Positions 1 to 8,970 are shown, numbered from the stretch's first letter. The stretch: DNA of 64,000 nucleotides from Patescibacteria group bacterium (GCA_040386175.1 JAZKFY010000001.1:55135-119134), one strand, 5' to 3'. Notes: a model not told the origin generated them from the letters alone. Made by a program: numbers and translations.

Positions 1-48
1 TTTTAACTTTTTTACTTCTTTTACTAAAAATCATAATTTAAGCATACT

Positions 49-873
49 CTAACTATTCTTATTAACGCGAAGTACTGTACGATATTTCTTTATCACTCTT
101 ACGGCAAAATAATTATAAATTCCAGGAACGTACTTGTAAGCAAACCAACCAACTTGTGTTGAAATAGCGGTATGAATAGTAGCTTTGTTCTTTGCTACAC
201 CTTTTATAATCTTTTCAGCCGCCACATCTGGTGTTTGCAAGGTACTTCTTGTTTTTAAAGCTTTCTCTTTATCAAGATTATTATAGATTGCGGTGTCGTA
301 TAAAGGTGTATTTACAACTGTTGGGCATACAACACTTACATTAATGCCTAGCGTTTTAGCCTCATTCCGAAGCCCATGAGTTAAACCAACGATCGCAAAC
401 TTTGAAGCCCCGTAAATACTCATTACAGGAACAGGAAATAAGCCTGCAGCCGATGCGATATTGATAATATGCCCATTCCCCTGCTTCAACATTACCTGAT
501 ACGCATAATGAGTACCGTTATTGACTGCCCAAATATTATTATTAATAACAGTCTGCCAATTTTCTAAAGGCGTATCGCGGATTTCACCAGCCATAAAAAT
601 GCCAGCGCAATTAAATACGTAATCTATACGACCATACGTTTTGAGGACGTACTCAAATAATTCTTGAGCTTCGTTATTAATCGCCATGTCTGCATGATAA
701 TATTCGGCGCTTAATTCCTTCAAAGAAGAGGCCAAAGCATTCCCCGCCTCATCATTCCGGTCAACAATAATAACCTTCGCACCCAAAGCCGCCAATTGCT
801 GAACGAGTGATTTTCCAATACCAGATGCGCCACCAGTAATAATAGCAACCGACTGATTAAAAGTGTGTGTCAT
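49..873 (-). CDS. Short-chain dehydrogenase/reductase (SDR)
   Basis: TGGASGIG NAD-binding motif, NCAG, YGASK catalytic motif. Confidence 0.92.
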   Translation of the reverse strand: MTHTFNQSVAIITGGASGIGKSLVQQLAALGAKVIIVDRNDEAGNALASSLKELSAEYYHADMAINNEAQELFEYVLKTYGRIDYVFNCAGIFMAGEIRDTPLENWQTVINNNIWAVNNGTHYAYQVMLKQGNGHIINIASAAGLFPVPVMSIYGASKFAIVGLTHGLRNEAKTLGINVSVVCPTVVNTPLYDTAIYNNLDKEKALKTRSTLQTPDVAAEKIIKGVAKNKATIHTAISTQVGWFAYKYVPGIYNYFAVRVIKKYRTVLRVNKNS

Positions 874-932
874 AGGGAAAGTATACGCCTGTTAGCTTTT
901 TAAAAGAGTAAGAAAGATTACAAAAGCGAAAA

Positions 933-1916
933 CTAAAGGTAAGTTCCGCTGATTTGCATTCCAGCGACAAAAGCGGTTGTATCGGTTGCAGGAGCAGCAC
1001 CTGTAACAGCAAGCGTAATGCCGGTCGCGAACCTTTTACCAAGCGGGCCAAATTCGTAAGTAACAGTGGTGTTGGCAGCGACAGGGAATGTTGCAACAGG
1101 AATATCAGTACCAACTGTTGGTACTGTGGTTTTATTATAAAACTTCACAAATGCTGGAGTTGCCGTAACATTCGAGAAAGTAACTTCATAAAGAGTTCCA
1201 GCCGTAGCTTTCACAAGTGTTGCATTTGTTGTTGCTGCCGTTACAAGGCTCGCAATATTTGTGTTTGTACCTGTTGCTGGTGTAGCAGTAGTTGTGCCGG
1301 CACTAGTTAAGGTTCCTGATACAGGTTGCGTACCACTAATTTGTGCAGCTGGAATCGGCTCAGTGGCATAAGATCCTCTTAGGCCAATCCAAGTCGCAAT
1401 AGCACTTGCTGTTACTGCAGTTGTACAGCGCACTCGTGCGTATTGATAAGCGTTAACCGAAGCTTCCCATGAGTAGGCTAATCCCGCACCAACCGCGAGC
1501 GCAAGAGTACCGGTTGTTGTTTCAACGGTGTTTGCATTCGAACGTACAGCTTGTATACCAAACCATGTACCGTCAGTACCATTTGTCGAATCAAGTGAAC
1601 CTTCGAAAGAGAAGATGCCTGCAGCCATTGAAACCGAACCTGTGTTTTTAACGTGGAAAACGACATTTGAAGCGCGGCGCACATCAATTGTTAAAGCGGC
1701 GTTGACTGTATTAACTGGACCAGTCGTAGTAGGGAAATTGGCTGTTTTATTAGAAGTCTTAAGGCGACCTTCATCGTCCATAACTAATCCCATGAGGCGA
1801 CCGTCATTCACCGGCGCACTGTCGGTATCTCGTCTTACACCTAATAGGTACTGTCCTTTTTGACCAGTAGCAAATGTGTCGTCTTCTGATTGAATGGGTA
1901 TTTGTTGGTAACTCAT
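933..1916 (-). CDS. Thr/Ala-rich beta-structured hypothetical protein, phage structural-like; likely co-transcribed with the tail-fibre-like gene
   Basis: 327-aa ORF with GGAG SD, 18 nt downstream of 1935..3434. Confidence 0.6.
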   Translation of the reverse strand: MSYQQIPIQSEDDTFATGQKGQYLLGVRRDTDSAPVNDGRLMGLVMDDEGRLKTSNKTANFPTTTGPVNTVNAALTIDVRRASNVVFHVKNTGSVSMAAGIFSFEGSLDSTNGTDGTWFGIQAVRSNANTVETTTGTLALAVGAGLAYSWEASVNAYQYARVRCTTAVTASAIATWIGLRGSYATEPIPAAQISGTQPVSGTLTSAGTTTATPATGTNTNIASLVTAATTNATLVKATAGTLYEVTFSNVTATPAFVKFYNKTTVPTVGTDIPVATFPVAANTTVTYEFGPLGKRFATGITLAVTGAAPATDTTAFVAGMQISGTYL

Positions 1917-1934
1917 GTAATTTTCCTCCGATTC

Positions 1935-3434
1935 CTAAATAATAACCCAGTTACTGCCATCGCTCACCAAATCGACAGAGCTGTTTGCACTTAATGTAAT
2001 TCCGCCGCCATCTGCGTTTTCCGAAGCGTTAAATGCAAGTGCAACACTTGCAGTGTGACGATTCTTAACAACGTACTTATTGGTATTCCCCACGGCTGTT
2101 GGCAGTGTTAATGTGTAATTTCCCGTAAGAATATATATATAATCAGTGCTCGCAGCAGCGCTTGCAGTTTGGTTGCTTGAAAGAGTCACGATAGAACGAG
2201 TAATACCACTACCACCGCCACCGCCAGCAACGTCAGCCCACTTAACACCGCCAGCTTGAGAGTTATCGGCTGTAAGAACCTGATTATTGTTTCCCACGCC
2301 TACACGAGTAATCGTATTTGTTCCGGTTGCAGCCAGGATGTCACCCTTTGCAATGGCGAGACTACTTTGAATGGCACCATTTATGCGACTGTCGTCTCCT
2401 ACGGCATAGTTGCTTGAACCCGTACCAGCAGTTGGTAGTGTTGGCTTACCAGAAAGGTCTGCGTAAGCGCCAGAGGCGGCCACAGTAGATAATGTTGGTT
2501 TACCAGATAAATCAGCATAAGCGCCAGATGTTGCAACACTTGAAAGTGAAGTACCAGAGATCTTAAGGCCACCGGTAAAGTTTTTCTCCCCTGTCACCGT
2601 TTCGGTTCCAGCAAGGTGAACAAGGCCAGCATCATTAGGAATGGTTGGCTTGTTCGTTAAATCTGCATAAGAACCGCTCGTTGCTACTGTCGATAAGCTC
2701 GGCTTACCTGTAAGGTCGCTGTAAGCACCCGAGGCTGCCACTGTAGATAATGTTGGCTTGTCGAGTAAGTTAGAATATGAACCTGTTGTAGCTACCGTTG
2801 AAAGGGATGCGGAGTTTGCTTTTAAGTTCAGGGCAGTTTGTGTTGCAGCAGAAACAGGCTTTGCAGCATCGGTGGTGTTATCAACATTTCCAAGGCCTAC
2901 ATCACCCTTCGCAAGTACGATTGCGCCCGTTCGTGTATTTACTGATGTTACAGGGGCAGCACCTTGAGCTTCCCAAGTAAGGCTCGAACCGTCCCATGAC
3001 AAAAAATCACCGTCAGTCGGCGTATTCGAAACAGCAAGCTTTGGCTCGGTGATACTTGCATCTTGGACCTTGGCGGTCGATACGGTGTTATCTGTTGGCG
3101 TTCGAGTGTCGTTTAAACGAGCATCGTTTGTTGCTACGGCTGCTGATCCAGAGATATTCAACCCACCGGTAAAGTTTTTTGCACCAGAGATGGTTTGGGC
3201 TTGAGTTAGGTTTACAAGAGAAGATAAATCTTGGTTAACAGGGATATCAATAAGATCATTATATGAACCGGTAGTTGCAATTGCGGCTAAATCGGCTGAA
3301 TTTGCCTTACCTAAGATAAGGTCTTCGCCTTTTAGCTTACCGTCATTTTCGTGCGCAACAAGAAGAAATTCATTGAGGATATTTCCCCAATCTCCACTGT
3401 CCTGACCCGGTATCGGAAGGCGTGGTGTCGGCAT
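1935..3434 (-). CDS. Phage tail-fibre-like repeat protein
   Basis: ~18-aa repeats LSTVAxSGxYxDLxxKPT, VTSVNTRTGAIVL-GLGNVDNT motif, N-terminal RLPIPGQDSGDWGNILNEFL. Confidence 0.7.
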   Translation of the reverse strand: MPTPRLPIPGQDSGDWGNILNEFLLVAHENDGKLKGEDLILGKANSADLAAIATTGSYNDLIDIPVNQDLSSLVNLTQAQTISGAKNFTGGLNISGSAAVATNDARLNDTRTPTDNTVSTAKVQDASITEPKLAVSNTPTDGDFLSWDGSSLTWEAQGAAPVTSVNTRTGAIVLAKGDVGLGNVDNTTDAAKPVSAATQTALNLKANSASLSTVATTGSYSNLLDKPTLSTVAASGAYSDLTGKPSLSTVATSGSYADLTNKPTIPNDAGLVHLAGTETVTGEKNFTGGLKISGTSLSSVATSGAYADLSGKPTLSTVAASGAYADLSGKPTLPTAGTGSSNYAVGDDSRINGAIQSSLAIAKGDILAATGTNTITRVGVGNNNQVLTADNSQAGGVKWADVAGGGGGSGITRSIVTLSSNQTASAAASTDYIYILTGNYTLTLPTAVGNTNKYVVKNRHTASVALAFNASENADGGGITLSANSSVDLVSDGSNWVII

Positions 3435-3632
3435 ATTAGTGAAGTTTTTTCATAATGACTAAAGTGATATTTCTTATATTTTACTCATTTTAGCATAAAT
3501 GGTATGGAAGTAACATATCAATACTATAAAAGGTAAAGTATTATCAAAATTTTTAATTATTATGTGAATTATTTCACTGAGTTTATCCTGAAATCGCCGT
3601 ACTATCAGATAGTAAATAAGGAGAATTAATAT

Positions 3633-3890
3633 ATGGAAGACCGAGTATATACAACAAATCGTACAGCATCAGCAGTAGCATGGGCAGCACTAATTGTTGG
3701 AATTGTTGCCTTGATCCTTGCTTGGATGGCATATAACCGCGCTGGCGCTGACCTTGAACAGCAAATTCAAACTCAGGTTGAGAAAAGCCTAAACGCTACC
3801 CAGGACGCGACCCAAGATGCGAGTGACGCAGTCGACGCAGGCCCTGACGGTGTAGACGAAGATGACACTGACGTTAACACACAACCGTAA
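3633..3890 (+). CDS. Small single-TM protein with acidic tail
   Basis: AAGGAG SD, hydrophobic helix, downstream terminator. Confidence 0.75.
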   Translation: MEDRVYTTNRTASAVAWAALIVGIVALILAWMAYNRAGADLEQQIQTQVEKSLNATQDATQDASDAVDAGPDGVDEDDTDVNTQP

Positions 3891-3921
3891 TTTGAATTCT
3901 TGCTAATTCGACTTTAGGTAA

Positions 3922-3950
3922 TAAAACGAGGCCCGTATGGGTCTCGTTTT
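3922..3950. terminator. Bidirectional intrinsic terminator
   Basis: aaaacgaggccc-gtat-gggtctcgtttt hairpin between convergent genes. Confidence 0.75.
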
Positions 3951-3960
3951 AAATATAAAC

Positions 3961-3990
3961 TTGGCTGGGGTTAGTGGTGGTGTTCCAGGA
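3961..3990 (-). repeat. tRNA-Gln 3'-end-like (att-like) repeat copy 1
   Basis: ttggctggggttagtggtggtgttccagga; begins with the complement of the tRNA-Gln 3' end. Confidence 0.7.
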
Positions 3991-4003
3991 AAAATCATTC
4001 AAA

Positions 4004-4321
4004 CTAGAAGAAGCTTACGCCAATTGTCCAGCCTAGTATTACGCTTAAAAAGAATCCAGGAAAAACGAGTAAAATTGAGAACAAGATTGTACCTAGAACA
4101 CTAACAACTTTCTCCTTTGCATCACCAGCGATATAAAAACCTATACCAAGCCCACTAATAATAAGTGCCAATACAAGATAGACTTCAAACAGACCCGCTC
4201 TACCTACGCCACTTGCCATAATAATGGCAGATAGGATAATTACAGCTATGTAGGCGATTAAACCTAATAGTCCGATTTTGTTTTTGATGATGTTGAATTT
4301 CTTTTGAGTTTTATTGACCAT
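4004..4321 (-). CDS. Small membrane protein (3 TM)
   Basis: Hydrophobic 105-aa ORF; TATGAT 6 nt before ATG. Confidence 0.7.
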   Translation of the reverse strand: MVNKTQKKFNIIKNKIGLLGLIAYIAVIILSAIIMASGVGRAGLFEVYLVLALIISGLGIGFYIAGDAKEKVVSVLGTILFSILLVFPGFFLSVILGWTIGVSFF

Positions 4322-4360
4322 GATTCAATCATAACAAAAAGACCCGAAAATCAAGTCTTT

Positions 4361-4403
4361 AAGCGTAATCATTTTGGCTGGGGATAGTGGTGGTGTTTCA
4401 GGA
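4361..4403 (-). repeat. tRNA-Gln 3'-end-like (att-like) repeat copy 2
   Basis: aagcgtaatcattttggctggggatagtggtggtgtttcagga; ttggctggggat is identical to the tRNA-Gln end at 6270-6281. Confidence 0.75.
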
Positions 4404-4411
4404 AGATAATG

Positions 4412-4885
4412 TTAGTTATCTTCTTCGAAATCACGTAGAATCTTCAAATACTCCTCTTGAACTTCAGCAGGAATACTTTTGTGAACAAGGGGGCTAATGC
4501 GACCATTATTCTCAATAATTTTGCTTACTTCATCAAAATAAAAACCTTCGAGAGTCGCCACGAATAAATAAGATGGATTCCAGGAAGCGTGCATCTTTTC
4601 CGCACAAGTTTTAATATTACTATCGACTAACTGACGACGGTACTTTACCTCTACGAGTCTAACTTCCTTTGTTTCGGTATTGATAATCGCAAAGTCAGGA
4701 GCAGTTCGTAACGTTTCAATTACCGGATCTTCGTGACCGTGATTATATTGCAAAAGATCTGGGATAATTTTTTCATAGCCAAACTCTAATACAGTAAAAC
4801 AATCCGCATTACGAAGCATTTGAGAAAATACGGTTTCTGCGACACGGCCCTTCACTAGGTTTCTTGTAAAGCTTAAGGAATTCAT
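4412..4885 (-). CDS. PD-(D/E)XK nuclease-superfamily protein
   Basis: GRVAE...PDF...VEVK motif; start set at MNSLS (TACAAT 8 nt upstream). Confidence 0.7.
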   Translation of the reverse strand: MNSLSFTRNLVKGRVAETVFSQMLRNADCFTVLEFGYEKIIPDLLQYNHGHEDPVIETLRTAPDFAIINTETKEVRLVEVKYRRQLVDSNIKTCAEKMHASWNPSYLFVATLEGFYFDEVSKIIENNGRISPLVHKSIPAEVQEEYLKILRDFEEDN

Positions 4886-4926
4886 ATGTTTGTATTGTAA
4901 CAAAGATATTCCAGAACAGAGTATCT

Positions 4927-4966
4927 AAGCGTAACCATCTTGGTTAAGGTTAGCGGTCGTGTTCCA
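4927..4966 (-). repeat. Degenerate att-like repeat copy 3
   Basis: aagcgtaaccatcttggttaaggttagcggtcgtgttcca aligns with copies 1 and 2. Confidence 0.6.
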
Positions 4967-5040
4967 TAAGGACATACTGTCCGAGGAACTTTAATACAAC
5001 TTCAGTTATACTTAAGATACTAATAGATAGGAGGAATAAC

Positions 5041-5289
5041 ATGGAAGAAGCAATAAAGAGTTTTGAATTTTGGCTCTCTCAATTCCCAGAGTCTTATCAT
5101 TCTCTCGACGATAGACGTTTTTACGATTTCGTAGAAGCAATTGCCGCTACAGACGAATACGTCGAAGAGGGGTGGCTTATAGGAAAGCTCAAAGAGAGAG
5201 AGCATCGCATGCGCCCCGAACAAGTAGAGGATTATGATACGAGATTGAAGAATATCGTTGCATTTCTGAGGGACCGTAGAAGCCTTTAG
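5041..5289 (+). CDS. Hypothetical protein
   Basis: AGGAGG SD, 82-aa ORF. Confidence 0.7.
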   Translation: MEEAIKSFEFWLSQFPESYHSLDDRRFYDFVEAIAATDEYVEEGWLIGKLKEREHRMRPEQVEDYDTRLKNIVAFLRDRRSL

Positions 5290-5366
5290 GTATCTTCATA
5301 TTAACCATGCCAAGTTCTGCGCCAGTAATGCTAAAAACTCACTACAACTATATTAGATGTATCAGT

Positions 5367-6125
5367 ATGCAAACAAGCGGAATCTCAATCTCGACAAGAC
5401 TAAGCCCGACCGCGTCACTACCTTTGGAGAAAATCCCTCTTTTTGAGAATCTTGCAAAACTAACACGCCAAAGTATTCGTGATGAAATAGATATGTGCTC
5501 TCGTGAAAAAGAATATTCACAAGTTGCCGCCCCATGGATTCCTGTTAAGTGTTATTACCGAATCTATTACTTGGAGAGTATCCTTATTTATCTCCTAAAT
5601 GGATCGACGGCTGGGTTTAGTCACGGTGGTCATTCAGGAACTAGAAAATCGATGCGTCGCGAAATAAATGCAGGAAATATCATTTTTAGCAATTCTACTT
5701 TCAGCCAAAACGTACTCATCAAGGACGCAAGGGCGCACGTAGTGACATCTGGAGCGAATCTTTCAGATTCATTTTATTCTACAGGTGATTGCGTAAAATC
5801 TGTACGAAAAAAGATAGGTGAATATATGGAGCTCCACTTTAAAGAGCAGCATCGGATTACGTCCTATCGCACTAACGCCAGCAAGGCGCTTAGGGATAAT
5901 TTTTATAACACCTCTGAAGTAAACTTATCCGATTTCTTTTACTGGATGAGGATTAAGGCGAACTACAAAGATATTGATTACCTAGACTTCGATAACGACA
6001 TTACAGCGAACGACGCTTTTGTTTACATTAGAGAGTATGCGGCAGCGCAAGATATTTATGCATTTGCCCTTGAGCAGGCAATTGAGGTACTGAAAGTCTC
6101 ACGCGGAATGCAAGCAACTACATAG
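5367..6125 (+). CDS. Hypothetical protein, possible HEPN-like domain
   Basis: CYYRIYY...SHGGH...RIKANY pattern resembles HEPN motifs; start uncertain (5307 or 5367). Confidence 0.5.
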   Translation: MQTSGISISTRLSPTASLPLEKIPLFENLAKLTRQSIRDEIDMCSREKEYSQVAAPWIPVKCYYRIYYLESILIYLLNGSTAGFSHGGHSGTRKSMRREINAGNIIFSNSTFSQNVLIKDARAHVVTSGANLSDSFYSTGDCVKSVRKKIGEYMELHFKEQHRITSYRTNASKALRDNFYNTSEVNLSDFFYWMRIKANYKDIDYLDFDNDITANDAFVYIREYAAAQDIYAFALEQAIEVLKVSRGMQATT

Positions 6126-6270
6126 GCACTCTTGCACTATCACTCTGAAGATTTACAGAATGAGGGATTCGAACTAAAAACTCCAAGGTGGGGTTTTGCT
6201 TTGCAAAACGGGGGTTCTCAGCCGAAGCGCTAGCCAAGAAAAAAGATATGCTGAGGCATATCTTTTTTCT

Positions 6271-6345
6271 TGGCTGGGGATGAGGGATTCGAACCCCCGA
6301 ATGTCGGCACCAAAAGCCGATGCCTTACCACTTGGCGAATCCCCA
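6271..6345 (-). tRNA. tRNA-Gln (TTG)
   Basis: Cloverleaf, anticodon loop TTTTGGT, GTTCGAATC, encoded CCA. Confidence 0.96.
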
Positions 6346-6419
6346 ACGTAAGTGCTGTAGCACCGACATATTATACCCCAACCGAGGTAATCGCTCAAGC
6401 TCTGTAAGCAACTAATGGC

Positions 6420-6965
6420 TTATTTTGTAACTTTTACGCCTTTTTTCACGCCAGCTGAGCGTTGTACGTGAGCAAATTGCCCATGAATTTCGAATAAGAA
6501 GTATCCGCTAATCGCTACCCAGATAGCACCGAAAAGCACTCCGAAGATGAATCCGATAATACTAAGGCTGAGAATAGCATTTACAATAACCGCAAATCCA
6601 CCAAGTAGCCAAGTTGCGAATAGTAATACCCAACCCTTTTTTTGCTTTTCCTTAAGTGGCTTAATCGCGAATGCGAGTAATAGAAGTTCGAGAATTGAGA
6701 AAACAAGTCCAACTACCCCTGTTACAATTGCCCAAGTTGTGACTGATGAAGTCGCATAGTAGGTTGCAGCAACTGTCCCAAATAGAGATACGAGGCTCGC
6801 AAGAGCTGTAAGTGTACCTAATACGCCAAGGGCTGTAAGAATCGCGCCAATAAGCGCTATCCACCATATGTTATCACCAAGCCATTTTCGTCCACCAGCC
6901 GGTAGGTCTGGAAGGCTTTTAAACCATTCAAATATTGTATTTTCGAGTTTACTTAAAAAATCCAT
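6420..6965 (-). CDS. Integral membrane protein
   Basis: ~4 TM helices, GAGGAG SD. Confidence 0.8.
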   Translation of the reverse strand: MDFLSKLENTIFEWFKSLPDLPAGGRKWLGDNIWWIALIGAILTALGVLGTLTALASLVSLFGTVAATYYATSSVTTWAIVTGVVGLVFSILELLLLAFAIKPLKEKQKKGWVLLFATWLLGGFAVIVNAILSLSIIGFIFGVLFGAIWVAISGYFLFEIHGQFAHVQRSAGVKKGVKVTK

Positions 6966-7024
6966 TACACTTCACTCCTCTGTTACTGCCCTTATCATAG
7001 CGCCGAATGAATAATTCGACAATA

Positions 7025-7504
7025 TTACTTTTTCAAGCGTTTTCCAGGCCATAAACCATAACTTGACCATATACATAGAATAACCAGCGCAAAACTCATA
7101 AATATTGACCAGTATCCAGGCGTTAAGTTACCGACCGTTCCCAAGAAGCCGACCGTTGAAACCGCGGAATGTGTTGCGACTATCCAAACGGATATATACA
7201 ACCACAGGCCGGTCGCTAGCCATCCCAAAAACATACTGAGGTATCGAAAAGCCGGGCTAAGCCGCATTCTGAGTAAAAACGGCAAAGCAAATACTTCAGC
7301 GACAACAATCAGTGGGCCAATGGCATTTGTTACAATGTCGCCAAACGGCAAATTCAGTAATGCAATGTGTAATAAAAACTCTTCAAAAGTAAAAAGTTGA
7401 GCCACGGCCATAATCACTAAAATAGCTGCAAAAAGCAGAGAAATTTTAGCACTCTCAGGGGTGCGAGGCTTCGGTGCGGGAACTGCTTTTACTAAAATGC
7501 TCAT
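7025..7504 (-). CDS. Membrane protein, MauE/DoxX-like
   Basis: 4 hydrophobic helices; start moved to MSILVK (TATACT 7 nt upstream). Confidence 0.65.
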   Translation of the reverse strand: MSILVKAVPAPKPRTPESAKISLLFAAILVIMAVAQLFTFEEFLLHIALLNLPFGDIVTNAIGPLIVVAEVFALPFLLRMRLSPAFRYLSMFLGWLATGLWLYISVWIVATHSAVSTVGFLGTVGNLTPGYWSIFMSFALVILCIWSSYGLWPGKRLKK

Positions 7505-7569
7505 GATTGACAGTATATGCCCCACCCTCCTCTTACGCAAATCGTTGTTATTTTTATTATTATGCTTGC

Positions 7570-7722
7570 GCTTTTGCGCACCAGCAGTTAAAGTAAACAA
7601 CAAGCGAAAGTTACGTAAAAAAACAAAAACTCCAAAAAAAGAAATGTTGTAGCTCAATCGCTCTACGATATCCACCACAACATCGAAGGATTCCCGCCCA
7701 AAATTGGCGGGTTTTCTTTTTG
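7570..7722 (+). ncRNA. Candidate small RNA ending in a + strand terminator
   Basis: cccgcc-caaaatt-ggcggg-ttttctttt terminator oriented to + with no convincing + gene upstream; atgttgt/acaacat stem. Confidence 0.3.
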
Positions 7723-7741
7723 GTTTTTATTCTTCGGCAAA

Positions 7742-8398
7742 CTAGTTATCAGCTTTAAGAGAATTCTCTTCACGCCACTTAGCGATCAATGCATGGTTAC
7801 CATTCAGAAGCACTTCAGGCACGTCTAAGCCGTTAAAACTAGCTGGCTTAGTATATTGTGGGAATTCAAGTGTTTCACCGTCAGAGAAGCTCTCAATCTC
7901 CGCACTTGCTTCACCACCAAGAACACCAGGAATAAGCCGTACGATACTATCGATAATAGTCATAGCTGGCAACTCACCGCCAGTTAATACATAGTCGCCT
8001 ACACTTACCTGTTCATCAACAAGAGTAATAATTCGTTCATCATAGCCTTCATAACGCCCACAGATAAAGATATAGCCATGGTCGACCTCTGACCAATTTT
8101 GCGCTATAGCCTGCTTCCAGCGCTGCCCACGTGGGGTCATAAGCAGTACTTTAGCTGTTGGGTCGTTCTTCTTTGCAGCTTCTACAGCAGCAAACAAAGG
8201 TTCAGGTTTTAAAAGCATGCCGTCACCGCCACCATAAGGCGTGTCGTCAACCTGCTGGCGAGGGCCAATTCCAAACTCACGTAAGTTAATTGTACTTAGT
8301 TGCACAATCTCATCACGTTGAGCCTTCCACATCATGGAATTCTCAAAGACACCCGTAAACATCTCGGGGAAAAGGGTAATTACTTGGAATTTTTTCAT
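7742..8398 (-). CDS. trmD: tRNA (guanine-N1)-methyltransferase
   Basis: VDDTPYGGGDGM, CGRYEGYDER, GDYVLTGGE motifs. Confidence 0.97.
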   Translation of the reverse strand: MKKFQVITLFPEMFTGVFENSMMWKAQRDEIVQLSTINLREFGIGPRQQVDDTPYGGGDGMLLKPEPLFAAVEAAKKNDPTAKVLLMTPRGQRWKQAIAQNWSEVDHGYIFICGRYEGYDERIITLVDEQVSVGDYVLTGGELPAMTIIDSIVRLIPGVLGGEASAEIESFSDGETLEFPQYTKPASFNGLDVPEVLLNGNHALIAKWREENSLKADN

Positions 8399-8418
8399 CT
8401 GTACTAGTGTACGGTATA

Positions 8419-8447
8419 TTGACTATTTTGTAAATATGTGTTAATAT
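8419..8447 (+). promoter_or_regulatory. Sigma70-type promoter of the GC-rich orphan unit
   Basis: TTGACT-17 nt-TAATAT. Confidence 0.65.
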
Positions 8448-8487
8448 ATAACGCATTGCAGTTTGCCCACACTCACATGGAGGAACC

Positions 8488-8757
8488 ATGACATCTGCAG
8501 CACCCCAAAGCACTGAAGAGACATTCGTGTCGACCCAAGGACTGGTCCCTCTCCGCCACTTCTTTGGCGTGAGGAAGACGCGAGTCGATTCCGAGCCCGA
8601 AGAGATCGCCTACGAGGTGACCTGCAAGATCGAAGACGACGACGGCCACATCAAATGGTTCATCGTCTGGGTCAACGAAGCGACCTACTCCATGCTTCAC
8701 GACCTCCAGGTCGAGATCCTCCGCCGCTTCAACCATGAGGCCGATGCCCTCGAGTAG
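8488..8757 (+). CDS. GC-rich orphan protein (89 aa)
   Basis: GGAGG SD; about 68 of 89 codons end in G/C (hand count); own promoter and 3' hairpin. Confidence 0.8.
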   Translation: MTSAAPQSTEETFVSTQGLVPLRHFFGVRKTRVDSEPEEIAYEVTCKIEDDDGHIKWFIVWVNEATYSMLHDLQVEILRRFNHEADALE

Positions 8758-8770
8758 ACCTCGGCACCCC

Positions 8771-8845
8771 GCCCCCTAAGAAAGCTTGCTGTTGAGTTAC
8801 GAAAGTAATTCCAGTCGTAGCTCTCCAGGGGGCTTTCTTATTTTT
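8771..8845 (+). terminator. Long bulged 3' hairpin/terminator
   Basis: gccccct...AGCT...gagttac-gaaa-gtaattc...AGCT...agggggc then T-rich tract. Confidence 0.7.
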
Positions 8846-8970
8846 AGAAACAAAAAACCACCCAAAAGGGTGGTACTTTGTTCACATAAGCTCTCAACAA
8901 ATGGTGATTTGCTCTCGCATGAGCGCTTCTTCTCGCAGTTCAAAGGTTTGTGGTGTTGAACTATTGGTAA

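Noticed and set aside
3961-4966. Possible CRISPR array
   Set aside because: Repeats are separated by whole genes of 300-500 nt rather than spacers, and no cas genes are present.
6174-6398. 74-aa ORF
   Set aside because: Overlaps tRNA-Gln; spurious. The same applies to 43273..43476 over tRNA-Phe.
7461-7678. 63-aa Lys-rich + ORF and the long N-terminal extension of 7025..7678
   Set aside because: Low-complexity A/T-run translation; a leaderless start at 7504 fits better.
8473-8736. 87-aa antisense ORF to the GC-rich orphan
   Set aside because: Shadow ORF typical of GC3-rich genes; promoter, SD and terminator all favour the + strand.
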